In this document: piece after piece, positions 27,672-37,007 of the stretch
How positions within the stretch are numbered: the first letter of the stretch is position 1
How the letters are laid out: each line of letters starts with the position of its first letter
Virus record (IMG/VR): IMGVR_UViG_3300047548_000297
Location: 2,806-66,805 of that record
DNA: 64,000 bases
Direction: 5' to 3' (one strand)
From: a virus
Program-made: the position numbers and the translations under genes
Notes under the pieces: generated by a model
The model's database searches: none
The model's input: the letters and a program-made list of their open reading frames with translations, nothing else
Told to the model about the DNA's origin: nothing

Positions 27672-29912
27672 TTATACGTATAAGGAAGCATCTCCATGCT
27701 TCATTAGTAATTCTTCAGTAAGAACAGACAGAGGAGTAGGTTTAGTTTTTTCCAGCATCTCTTCCTCTTCTTCTCTAGCTACCTTAGCAAGTTCTTCTTC
27801 GGGGTCTAATTCAGGTTCGTCTTTTTTAGTTTCTGACTCACTACTATCAGTATCAGTATCAGTATCAGTATCAGTATCAGTAGACGAGTCGTTCTCAGTA
27901 GTATTCTCTTCTACTGTAGGTTCTTCCTCTTTAGCATCTTCTTCAACAGGAGCCTCTTCAACTACTTCAGGTTCAGGTGTAGTAGTGTCGTCAGCAGGCT
28001 CTTCTACAGTATCCATACTTTCTGGCAGCATAGGGACTGATGTATCTTCCAGTAAATCTTCTGTAGCATCTGGGAAAGAATCTGAGTCAAGGAAAGCGGG
28101 GGCAGATTCAGTTGCAGCTTCCACCTTAGTGTCTATCCCCACACCCAGTTTCTTTGCAAGATAAGCTGGAAGTGGAACCCCATAGTGTTCATAGAACTTA
28201 GCTTGAGCATTAGGATCAATGTAGTTAGATAAGGCTGTAGCTCCAGTAACTTCTTCACCTTCTACGCCTCTACGCACATGGTTTAGCTTCTTACCTACTA
28301 GCATTGCAAGAGATTCTATCACCTGCTTGGCACCCTTTTTATCTAGCTTAGCATATTTTTTGAATGTCTTATCAAGTTCATCTTCAAATATCTTAGTTCC
28401 ATGGTAAGTACGAATATTATGGATAGTAAATCCAGAAGGCACTTGATAGAAGTTCTTTAGCTCTGTATTAACTAGGTAATCACCTACTCTACGTGATTTA
28501 CCTTGCTTAGTGATGTAAGTAAATAAATGATCACTTCTAGTCTTATCACCTGACGTGGCTAGAATACGAAGAGCATCAACTATGTATTTATTTAAAGGAT
28601 CTACTGCTTTAATAACATGCTTGGTAAGAACTGCGTCTTTACCCTTATATGTAATAGAAACTGAGTTCTGATTAAACCTAGTCTGTGATACTAGTACAGT
28701 AGATAGACCATAAGTTTTTTCACCAGCAGTTGCGTTTTCCGCATTTCCAATGCGAGCTGCAGTTTGCCACACTAGTTCAATAACTAGTGCTACTACCTGC
28801 TCTTTATCAGCAGGAGAAAACACCTTAGTAGGATTAACTCCAGTATCTGATCCAGTTAGTTCTCGCAGCCAGCGCTTTCTTATATGTTCTGCATAAGAAC
28901 CAAATTCTTTAACCGCACCGAATTTACCAACAGCACTTTCCTGGTGATGTTCTTTAGTGTAATAGGTTTTCTTAGCAACTGCATCTTCTACTCTTCCATT
29001 CCAGTCCATTACTTTAAACTGGCCTTTCTTAGAAGGATCTTTGTTCATAATTACTACTGGCGTATACGCCCTGCGTGGACGACCTTCTATCATTTTTTTA
29101 TCTTTGGTATATATTCTAGCGGCAGCATCTATATAACCATCGAAACCTAGAGGAAGATCGGACTCATATCCATTTTCTTCCATTTCGTCTAGCAGAGCTG
29201 AGTATGGAGCTAGCTTCTGACCTGACTCTCTTACAAAAGCTGCTACATACTGTAGCCAAGTATGGTTAAATTCCTTGCGGGCCTTAACGTATCTATCCCA
29301 TAACTCAGGAGCCTTTTCTTTCATCTCCTTTTCTTCCTGTGGAGATTTTATAAACAACGAGGAGTCACCATTGTATTCTTCTACAATAGACCTCATTTCG
29401 TCTTGTATATCTTCTTGATTAGGAACATACTCGATGCTAAATATTTCTCCAGTCCATACTGGATAAACTAGGTCAGCTGATGCTCTGTCTAAAGCATTTC
29501 TATACAAGTCTTTTCTAGTAGATAGATAGCTTCTGAAATTATTTATAAGAGCTTTAACCTGGGGCACTGAGTCCATGTAACCTTCATAGGTCTTTGCGTA
29601 TCTACGTAGACCTAACTGAAAACTCCTTAGGTACGCAGAATCAATAGACTCTGTTTCTTGAACATGTTCAGCTACCTCGAATAGACCAGGAAAATACTCG
29701 TCTATAACTTCTATTTCAGGAGACTTGAATATATCTAGGGCTTCTTGCGGAAGTTGTTTATTTTCAACTAGACCTACTATAGCGAATAGTATATTCAGTA
29801 CTAGCCTTACGTTTAATGGAGAAAACGCGGGATCTCCACGAGGAACTTGTACCTCAGGTAGATTAGCCCTAGGTATTGTTTGAATAGGCACTTGATCTTG
29901 TAGATCATCCAT
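27672..29912 (-). CDS. type IB DNA topoisomerase with long N-terminal extension and acidic tail
   Basis: ARIGN...YGLST, YKGKD, HNIRTYHGT, KKLNH and ALSNYIDP supply the R-K-R-H-Y catalytic pentad of poxviral/bacterial TopIB. Confidence 0.85.
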   Translation of the reverse strand: MDDLQDQVPIQTIPRANLPEVQVPRGDPAFSPLNVRLVLNILFAIVGLVENKQLPQEALDIFKSPEIEVIDEYFPGLFEVAEHVQETESIDSAYLRSFQLGLRRYAKTYEGYMDSVPQVKALINNFRSYLSTRKDLYRNALDRASADLVYPVWTGEIFSIEYVPNQEDIQDEMRSIVEEYNGDSSLFIKSPQEEKEMKEKAPELWDRYVKARKEFNHTWLQYVAAFVRESGQKLAPYSALLDEMEENGYESDLPLGFDGYIDAAARIYTKDKKMIEGRPRRAYTPVVIMNKDPSKKGQFKVMDWNGRVEDAVAKKTYYTKEHHQESAVGKFGAVKEFGSYAEHIRKRWLRELTGSDTGVNPTKVFSPADKEQVVALVIELVWQTAARIGNAENATAGEKTYGLSTVLVSQTRFNQNSVSITYKGKDAVLTKHVIKAVDPLNKYIVDALRILATSGDKTRSDHLFTYITKQGKSRRVGDYLVNTELKNFYQVPSGFTIHNIRTYHGTKIFEDELDKTFKKYAKLDKKGAKQVIESLAMLVGKKLNHVRRGVEGEEVTGATALSNYIDPNAQAKFYEHYGVPLPAYLAKKLGVGIDTKVEAATESAPAFLDSDSFPDATEDLLEDTSVPMLPESMDTVEEPADDTTTPEPEVVEEAPVEEDAKEEEPTVEENTTENDSSTDTDTDTDTDTDSSESETKKDEPELDPEEELAKVAREEEEEMLEKTKPTPLSVLTEELLMKHGDASLYV
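27845..27880. repeat. hexamer tandem repeat (TATCAG)x6
   Basis: Six perfect copies; encodes the (TD)n tract in the TopIB tail. Confidence 0.95.
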
Positions 29913-29932
29913 AGAATTCTCCAGTAGTTAAC

Positions 29933-30529
29933 TTAAAAATTGAGTATTTTCCATTTATGCACTACGAGCGTGTACGGAACTACAGAAAAGAATATATCAG
30001 TTAGTGATTGTAGATCAGTATGAACTAGAGTTGCTGGATCAACGTATACGTTTACATGACTAGTTGGATACCAGGATCCTCCATCATATATGCTAGTTCC
30101 TATGCCTGAGTCCCCCTCCTCTAGAAACGTAGCATAATCGCTAGTGTATAATTTAACTACCTGTATACGAACTTGCAGTGTATATGCTAGGAATGGAACG
30201 AACTGCTTGTTTCCTTTACTAAACCAGTACATAGATATATTAGCACATAACCTAGTGAGAGCCTCATTAGATATACCCTCAGTACTTCGTAGTTTCAGTC
30301 CTAGTCTATTAAGTTTTTTAATAGCAGTTTCTCTATCCATTACGTCTAGGCTAGACTGCGGGGTAAGCTCTAGTTCGTTAGTATAAGTAAACCTAAGTGC
30401 ATCGTTTATTTTATACAGGTCTACTACCTTAGAATCTATGTCTTCTTTCCATACTTCGTCTACTGAATCTAGCAACGTTCTCCAAAATTCTATGTTTAGA
30501 CTATCGGGTAATAGTATTGATCTTGGCAT
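29933..30529 (-). CDS. baseplate wedge subunit (P2 gpI / T4 gp7-like)
   Basis: Follows the gp6/J-like gene; has W..KG...F..FL and FFSVVPYTLV patterns. ATG 30529 is preferred. Confidence 0.65.
   Translation of the reverse strand: MPRSILLPDSLNIEFWRTLLDSVDEVWKEDIDSKVVDLYKINDALRFTYTNELELTPQSSLDVMDRETAIKKLNRLGLKLRSTEGISNEALTRLCANISMYWFSKGNKQFVPFLAYTLQVRIQVVKLYTSDYATFLEEGDSGIGTSIYDGGSWYPTSHVNVYVDPATLVHTDLQSLTDIFFSVVPYTLVVHKWKILNF
29935..29942 (-). promoter_or_regulatory. CAATTT promoter-like motif upstream of TopIB
   Basis: Minus strand reads CTCAATTTTTAAG...GGAGAATTCTATG. Confidence 0.4.
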
Positions 30530-30530
30530 G

Positions 30531-32243
30531 CTATCTAGTCCGAGTTGAGTAGTTGGTTGAAATCTCAAGGTTATTAAGTTTTACGTACTGTGTACTAGAC
30601 TCGTTGTATACAGGTGCTGCTGCCCCAAGTACTAAGGATCCGTTGTCAAAAAACGTAGTCGTGTTTCCAGGAGTAACACCTAGAAGACCTTGTGAGGACT
30701 CTGTTCTACCATATACGCGATACTCCATAGCCCCCGCTACGCTAGGCCATGTAATAGTTATACTGCTATTATTAGTAGGAACAGTTATTATTACATAGTT
30801 AGAAGGGGACGAGACACCTAATCCAACGTCCACCGACACTCCATATGCATAAGTTCCTGCTGCTAACATACCGCTGTTAGCTGTAACTACATAACTAGGA
30901 GTATCAACTTTCTTGTTTGAAACAATTATGTCAGATAATGGAGAGGCTATTTCAAAATATTCTATGCCAGAATTAGCAGTGCGTATTGCATTTGCAATAT
31001 CAGAGCGATAGAAATCGTATCCAAGTATACCTGACTTTAGTTCAAATAACTGTTGAATAGCGGATTCAACATCTAGTTTTACCTGAGATATATTAGCCCA
31101 TGAATAACAGAATACAGTGGCTGTGATGTCTAGTAGTCTAGCGACGGGTGTTTCTAGTATTATCTTAGCAGTATAGTTAGACCGGTCTTCCATATAGGAT
31201 ATAAATGTTGATTTCTCGGTTGCATTCCATATAGTAGAAGTAAGTAAGCTAACCCTAACTGTATTCATCCAAGTAAGAGCATAAGGATTGCTCTCTCTTT
31301 GAGACGTAGTAACTGCGTCTATGACCCCAGGATATTGTAGTGCAGTAGATACATACTGGGTCTTGGTAACAGCAGAGTTAAAAGTTCCAAAGTTAGGGGC
31401 ACTAAGATTTTTATACCACAGAGCACTATCTTGATTACGTCCATTGTGTAGAGGTGTAGTTATTACACCTGTTACATTAGGATCTACTGCGCTTGTAACA
31501 ACCTTGTCAACTAGATCCAGAGAATTACCATCTAGACCTAGTGTAACAACATAGGTTATATAAACAGTGTCAAGGGCACTGGGTTTAGACCCAACGAATG
31601 AATTACCAAATAGTACAACTGCACGGCCATCAGGTAGCGTCCTATCCTGAAATCCCTGAGTATTGTACAGTGTCCATATACCATCTGTAACTCTACGTAT
31701 GCTTGTATTATTTATTGATACAAGAACATCGGCATCAGACACAGAGAAATCAGCCTCTGGAGTTACGAATGTGGCATAGTCCTCACCTAGACCAGAACTT
31801 TGGTTTACAATTACTTGGCCTTGATACAGTGTAACTGTTGTAGGTATACCGGGCGGCAAAGTAATAGATTTCCTATTAAAAAAGAATACACCTGCGTACT
31901 CAAACGTCGAATACGCAGGTATTATATTTGTAGTTGTAGAAGCTGATGTTAGTGTTACTAGGCACTCGGCTGGAGTTTTTCTAGTTAAACGCACTCCAGA
32001 AGAATCGGCTATAGCATAAATAGATCTTGTAGACTGAGCAGTTTCCTGAAATCCTTCTTGAACCGCTCGTATAATTTTTAGTTGGTCCAAGACTGATATC
32101 GAGGCTAGAACGTCAATAAGGGAGTCAGCTACTGGAGAATCAACTGCGTTTTTCCAGGAGTCTTTTGAGGCTAGATAGGCTCTAATCTGTGATTTTACTG
32201 CATCAAAATCTGGATTAATAGTAGATAGTTGTAGATTAGACAT
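30531..32243 (-). CDS. baseplate wedge protein (T4 gp6 / gpJ-like) with FN3-like C-terminal domain
   Basis: PDFDAVKSQIRAYL, E.F.ETA, V.FG...G.KP and AVT..QY; follows gp25. Confidence 0.85.
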   Translation of the reverse strand: MSNLQLSTINPDFDAVKSQIRAYLASKDSWKNAVDSPVADSLIDVLASISVLDQLKIIRAVQEGFQETAQSTRSIYAIADSSGVRLTRKTPAECLVTLTSASTTTNIIPAYSTFEYAGVFFFNRKSITLPPGIPTTVTLYQGQVIVNQSSGLGEDYATFVTPEADFSVSDADVLVSINNTSIRRVTDGIWTLYNTQGFQDRTLPDGRAVVLFGNSFVGSKPSALDTVYITYVVTLGLDGNSLDLVDKVVTSAVDPNVTGVITTPLHNGRNQDSALWYKNLSAPNFGTFNSAVTKTQYVSTALQYPGVIDAVTTSQRESNPYALTWMNTVRVSLLTSTIWNATEKSTFISYMEDRSNYTAKIILETPVARLLDITATVFCYSWANISQVKLDVESAIQQLFELKSGILGYDFYRSDIANAIRTANSGIEYFEIASPLSDIIVSNKKVDTPSYVVTANSGMLAAGTYAYGVSVDVGLGVSSPSNYVIITVPTNNSSITITWPSVAGAMEYRVYGRTESSQGLLGVTPGNTTTFFDNGSLVLGAAAPVYNESSTQYVKLNNLEISTNYSTRTR

Positions 32244-32666
32244 TTAGTATCCATTAGGTTGAAGTAGCATAGTCATGTTCTCTGTGCTATCAGAGCCTAC
32301 TACTTTAAAAGTTATACTTACTTTATAACCATTTATACTGGTGTAGGGTGTTACTTCAATGTCACCAGCATTGACGGTCACTCTAGGTTCCCATTTATCT
32401 ATTGCATTTACTATGGACGACCTTATTACAAGAGCTGTAATAGAATCCATAGGTTCATTTATAAATTTTATAAGATCCGAACCCCAACTTGTATTAAACG
32501 TTCTACTTCTAGATCCTATGTGAGATGTTATAAGCAGTCGTATAGCCGCCTTTATAGCCTGAAGTCCAGATACGCTTAGAGATGAGCTAGACTCAGGATT
32601 ATAAAATGGATTTATGTCATAAAAAGGAGAACTCGACCTCAACGTAGATATAGGTAACGTCGCCAT
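32244..32666 (-). CDS. baseplate wedge gp25-like (sheath initiator)
   Basis: AIK.AI..L...GSR...WGS.L..FINEP...AIDKWEPRV. Confidence 0.9.
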   Translation of the reverse strand: MATLPISTLRSSSPFYDINPFYNPESSSSLSVSGLQAIKAAIRLLITSHIGSRSRTFNTSWGSDLIKFINEPMDSITALVIRSSIVNAIDKWEPRVTVNAGDIEVTPYTSINGYKVSITFKVVGSDSTENMTMLLQPNGY

Positions 32667-32675
32667 ATATAATCC

Positions 32676-33383
32676 TTAAACTGGTGGATCGGTAACACCT
32701 GGGCCACGAGATATGCCTGAGTGGGCGTGTGTGCTACTTACGTCAGTTCCATTGTTAGTTAATGTACCAGTAGTACTAGTATTACCCTGTATATCAGTAG
32801 TTCCTACAATGCTAGTTGTAGAAGTTTCGGCTCTATACGTTGGAGTTTGTATTAATATGGACTTGGAAGCATTTAGACTAAAGTTATTACACGAATAAGC
32901 TATGTCATCTACAGAATGAACGGTTACTTTTCCGTTGTCTGCTACAGTTAAACGTGTTCCTGACTTATGAAGAAAATGCACTATAACTTGTCCAGATGTT
33001 ATATCTATGTAAAATAGATTGTTAGCTGGATCTAACCATCCACGTCTATTAGGATAGTTATTAGCAAGCTCACCTGATACAGTGGTTTTGCTGGTATGTA
33101 GGCAACTACTAACAACTCCGTAGTGTATATCTCCGCCTTGAAACTCTACCATAACTGTAGATCCAACTACAGGAACATTTACTGAGTATGCAGATTCAGT
33201 CATACCAAATAAAGAGTGCTGAGCTGGAAAGCACCAGGGCAAATTAGCTGGATCACCAGTTAGCAAGTTTGGTATTTCTACTTTTACTCTCTGTAGTTTT
33301 TTAGGATCGTTATTATCAACTACTTTTCCTATAAAAGGAATTGAATAGTCAGGTGACTCAAACTGATTTAGGTTATTAAACAT
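32676..33383 (-). CDS. baseplate central spike (gp5/gpV OB fold with HxH tip)
   Basis: GKVVDNNDP..LQRVKV, VPVVGS.V.VEF..GD and C-terminal HAHSG. Confidence 0.9.
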   Translation of the reverse strand: MFNNLNQFESPDYSIPFIGKVVDNNDPKKLQRVKVEIPNLLTGDPANLPWCFPAQHSLFGMTESAYSVNVPVVGSTVMVEFQGGDIHYGVVSSCLHTSKTTVSGELANNYPNRRGWLDPANNLFYIDITSGQVIVHFLHKSGTRLTVADNGKVTVHSVDDIAYSCNNFSLNASKSILIQTPTYRAETSTTSIVGTTDIQGNTSTTGTLTNNGTDVSSTHAHSGISRGPGVTDPPV

Positions 33384-33386
33384 GTA

Positions 33387-34532
33387 TCATCCAGCTATAA
33401 GTTTATCTGATGTGTATGATACCGAACGAGAAGTAAACTCAAGCTTCTCCATATAATCCATACCTTGAAAGTATACTACTTTTGCTGATAGTCTATATAC
33501 TCCACCAAATTTCTCTAAATTTCTGTTTTCATTATCCATATCTATTTTTGCACAATCCAGAAGTTTAATTCCTGAAGGTTCTTTAACAATAAGTTCCAGT
33601 TTGTTTACAAATAGATTAGTTATTCTACGATTTTGATATAGAGCTTGTTCATAGTTTGTGTGCACATTACCTGGATCTATAGGTGAGAATCTAACTCTAC
33701 CCATTCCAGCCTGAGCTTTTACTTCTGAATTAATAGATAAACTTTTGCCATCAGTTCTAGTAGATAGTTTTATCTTAGACGTAGTTTTATGAACTGGATC
33801 TAGTAGGTCTTGTTCTATTATGCTACTTGAGTACCCACTCAAGTTATTTTTAGCTCCAGGACTAGAAGACGGAGAAGCGTCTAAGGCAAATAAATATCCA
33901 GACTTAGGTTTACCAACACTTATATTGAATTTTGGAGACTCCATATTGGAGACATCCTTATATATAAGAGTCTTGGATAAGTCAACGCCTAGCTGCATGC
34001 ATGAAGTATCTGATTTATATCCACGTTCGGATGTAGCTCTAGCCCACTCGTAATAAGGAAGATTTCTTGGAAACCAAGTCTGAGAGTCAGAGGTCTTGTC
34101 TCCCAGGTAGTTAAGCGAGCACTTAGCTGCTATATCACCCATTAACGCTGATGACGTACCAGTGAATGCCAAGAATGATGTAGATTGCCAGTACTTAGCT
34201 AGGTTTAGGTAACCGTCTAGTTCAATGGTTCTTTTATCTGATACTACGCTACTCGGATTAGTAAACGAGTTTAGTCTGAACTCATATGTAGTAGACTGTG
34301 CCGATTGATCGCCTATAACTATAGTTATTAAACAGTTATCAAACAGTAGTTTGTTGTTAACTAGGAAATCAGTTGAGTCTATTAAACTCATATGCAACAT
34401 AGGAACTGCTATACGTGATGAACAGCTCATGTGTATAAAATTAATTACTAGACCTGTACCATAACCTAGAGGAAGCTCTTTTCCACTAAAATATACTTTT
34501 AGTGATATTCTACCTTGTATTTCTAAAGACAT
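33387..34532 (-). CDS. baseplate hub (gp27-like)
   Basis: Size and position between the gp53-like and spike genes; GGVYR...VVY C-terminal pattern. Confidence 0.6.
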   Translation of the reverse strand: MSLEIQGRISLKVYFSGKELPLGYGTGLVINFIHMSCSSRIAVPMLHMSLIDSTDFLVNNKLLFDNCLITIVIGDQSAQSTTYEFRLNSFTNPSSVVSDKRTIELDGYLNLAKYWQSTSFLAFTGTSSALMGDIAAKCSLNYLGDKTSDSQTWFPRNLPYYEWARATSERGYKSDTSCMQLGVDLSKTLIYKDVSNMESPKFNISVGKPKSGYLFALDASPSSSPGAKNNLSGYSSSIIEQDLLDPVHKTTSKIKLSTRTDGKSLSINSEVKAQAGMGRVRFSPIDPGNVHTNYEQALYQNRRITNLFVNKLELIVKEPSGIKLLDCAKIDMDNENRNLEKFGGVYRLSAKVVYFQGMDYMEKLEFTSRSVSYTSDKLIAG

Positions 34533-34533
34533 T

Positions 34534-34866
34534 TTATATCTCGATAGTGTTTATATTGGATCTATTACCAGATTCTAGTATAGTAATTAGGGAGCTTCTA
34601 CTTGGTATGGCAAGTTTAGTTCCTATAGTTATATCTTCTATTGGATCTAAAAGTCCATTGTGCATAAGTATGGTCCACCATAGCCTAGAGGTTCCTAAAT
34701 ATTTTTCTGCAATATACGGAAGATTGGCTTCTGTTGTAGAATCAACAGTTATCACTCTAGACGTGGACGAGGTTAAAGCTAGATTCCTGAACTTGGCGCT
34801 AAACAATTCTAGGTCTTGTCCATCCTCAGTCAGGGAGCAGAAGTTGGTTAAGTCGAATCTAGACAT
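34534..34866 (-). CDS. baseplate wedge gp53/LysM-like protein
   Basis: IAEKYLG..LWWTILMHNGLLDP...GTKLAIP. Confidence 0.85.
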   Translation of the reverse strand: MSRFDLTNFCSLTEDGQDLELFSAKFRNLALTSSTSRVITVDSTTEANLPYIAEKYLGTSRLWWTILMHNGLLDPIEDITIGTKLAIPSRSSLITILESGNRSNINTIEI

Positions 34867-34867
34867 A

Positions 34868-35785
34868 CTATTCCTTTACTGGTGAGTACATTCTATCAAT
34901 GTCTAATGATGTAGGAACATAGAATGTACTGAAAGATATGTTGGCTACTATTATTTTCATCTTACCTGATGTAGTAGGCAGTGTCTTATTTTCTAGTGCT
35001 ACATTAGTTATAACTACTGAAGGAAAGTACCAATGATGTCCGATGGATAAAGATATAGTATTTATGGTAGCTCTTTCAATGGCTCTGGATACGTGTTTAA
35101 ACGTTCCTTTTGTAGCGTTTACAGCACCAGTCCAAGCTCCAGATGCTGCGTCGGATACTTTAGAGGGGTCTATAGCCGATGATATAAGACTACTACCTGC
35201 GCTAGCCAGATTATTGAATGTAGCCGTAGGATTTGAGACTACTGATTCAGCAGCATTTTTTCCTGAGGCGTACATGTTTTTTGCCTTATCCGCAAGGCCA
35301 GAATTTTTAATCTCTGATTTTGCAGCTTCAACTAGTAGCTTAAAGTCAAGATACGGTCCCGGTGATCCAAGTAGGTCGCCGTCTTCCTTTTCCTCTGGAA
35401 CAGATAGTCTGAGTAGATCTGCTATAGGTTTACGAACATTATCTTCCATGTTGTTCTCATACACGAATTGCAGCTCAAGGTCAAACTGCCAAGGATCTGA
35501 ACCTTGCCACACCTGAGACGTAAGTGCCTTCGTGTTAAAGCTTCCTCCGAATACGCTATACGTACTGTTGAAAGCTCCAAGGGCTCCCGATCCTGGAATC
35601 TTATCTAGATAAGACTCCCCGTACTTAGTAGCTGATGCAAACGAGAAAGTTTTAGGTAGAGAGCCCTGAACTAAGATACCTTTCTGTGGACAGTGTATGA
35701 TAGCTGTGTATTTTGGATTACTACCTGGAAGAGCATAAAATGGTGGATCAACAAACTTATGTTGTTTTACTGATAAAGTTCTCAT
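34868..35785 (-). CDS. probable tail tube initiator / tube-baseplate junction protein
   Basis: Position; QVWQGSDP.QF.LEL.F and SIG.....SVVITNV tube-fold pattern. Confidence 0.55.
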   Translation of the reverse strand: MRTLSVKQHKFVDPPFYALPGSNPKYTAIIHCPQKGILVQGSLPKTFSFASATKYGESYLDKIPGSGALGAFNSTYSVFGGSFNTKALTSQVWQGSDPWQFDLELQFVYENNMEDNVRKPIADLLRLSVPEEKEDGDLLGSPGPYLDFKLLVEAAKSEIKNSGLADKAKNMYASGKNAAESVVSNPTATFNNLASAGSSLISSAIDPSKVSDAASGAWTGAVNATKGTFKHVSRAIERATINTISLSIGHHWYFPSVVITNVALENKTLPTTSGKMKIIVANISFSTFYVPTSLDIDRMYSPVKE

Positions 35786-35788
35786 AAT

Positions 35789-37006
35789 TTATGACACGCT
35801 AAAATATAAACCAGATTTATGTCTTACTACACCATCAAGCGTAGTTCTAGGTTTTATATAGTTATTCTCCATACTAGAAATTACACTAGGAGTACTAGTA
35901 ACAGTCTCAGTTGGTTCTGGACTAATGTACGAAACATCTTTAGTAGGCTGTTCCTGTACTGTGCGTGTAGTAGGTGGCTTAAGATTGGCAGAAATGGTGG
36001 CAGGTGTCTGAGTTGTCACTACGTTAGTAGCATGTTCGTATACAGGCTTTTTCTTCTGCTCTTGTACTTTAGTATCAAGCGCTATAGAGTTAGCGTCTAT
36101 ATAGTCACCAACAGTAGAGCTAGAACCTCCTATATTACTGCGTATGGCATTTTGTATTTTGGTAGGAAGATCCGATATTTTTGTACTACGAGCTGAAGTT
36201 AATATATACTTGGCATTCGGTCCACCTATCTGTAGTGCTAGATATGTCGCTATACTAGAATCAAACTTACCAACAAATTTCTTATCTGCGACTAATAATC
36301 GTATTCCAGCATCTATGTTGTCAAGTATATTAAATCTATTACCAAGACCCATCAGGTTAGCCGTAGCACCTGTAAACTGAAATATACCAATTGCTCCAGT
36401 TGAGGACACTGCATTTGGATTACCACCAGATTCCACTATAGCTATTTTTACTGCTATATCTTGATTTACTCCGTATTCAGCAGCTTTCGCTCGTATCAAG
36501 CCTTCAATCTTTGGGTTTATACGTGTCTTATATGCAGTAGTGTCTGCTCCACTGGCTCTAAGTTGAATGATACGTTCAGCTTCTTCTTTTGTATACGTTC
36601 CATTACTAGGAAGTTTGCCCAAAAGCCCAAGCTCTTTAGGTGACTTCCTAGTAATTGAACTTTGTATACCATCCCCTTTTGGTATATCCCAGGTGGTTGA
36701 TGTACTACTAACCTGAACAGGAGACGAAGATGGAAGATTTGGATTGGTAGAAGTAGAACTGCTACTTGTTAGTTTATCTATAAGTTCAGATAATTTTTCT
36801 AAGCCAGATTTAATTTTATCCTGTGATACAAAACTCTTTATGTAGGAGTATACAGGTACGCTAGCAACGGCTATGTTAGGTAGTGTATTAAGTATAGAAG
36901 AAAGTAGAACACCAGAGGTTGAGGTTGATCTTAGTAGACCCTGTTCTTCTAAATCAACCTCAACTAGGGTATTCTTTACTAGATTAGCTAAAGAAAAGAA
37001 GCTCAT
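35789..37006 (-). CDS. virion lytic transglycosylase (SLT domain)
   Basis: IAIVESGGNPNAVSSTGAIGIFQF...NIDAG. Confidence 0.88.
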   Translation of the reverse strand: MSFFSLANLVKNTLVEVDLEEQGLLRSTSTSGVLLSSILNTLPNIAVASVPVYSYIKSFVSQDKIKSGLEKLSELIDKLTSSSSTSTNPNLPSSSPVQVSSTSTTWDIPKGDGIQSSITRKSPKELGLLGKLPSNGTYTKEEAERIIQLRASGADTTAYKTRINPKIEGLIRAKAAEYGVNQDIAVKIAIVESGGNPNAVSSTGAIGIFQFTGATANLMGLGNRFNILDNIDAGIRLLVADKKFVGKFDSSIATYLALQIGGPNAKYILTSARSTKISDLPTKIQNAIRSNIGGSSSTVGDYIDANSIALDTKVQEQKKKPVYEHATNVVTTQTPATISANLKPPTTRTVQEQPTKDVSYISPEPTETVTSTPSVISSMENNYIKPRTTLDGVVRHKSGLYFSVS

Positions 37007-37007
37007 A

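Noticed and set aside
27672-29912. Protelomerase or integrase acting on the perfect palindromes
   Set aside because: Motif context (RIGN..YGLST, KGKD, IRTY, YIDP) matches TopIB specifically, and most of the palindromes have terminator-like positions.
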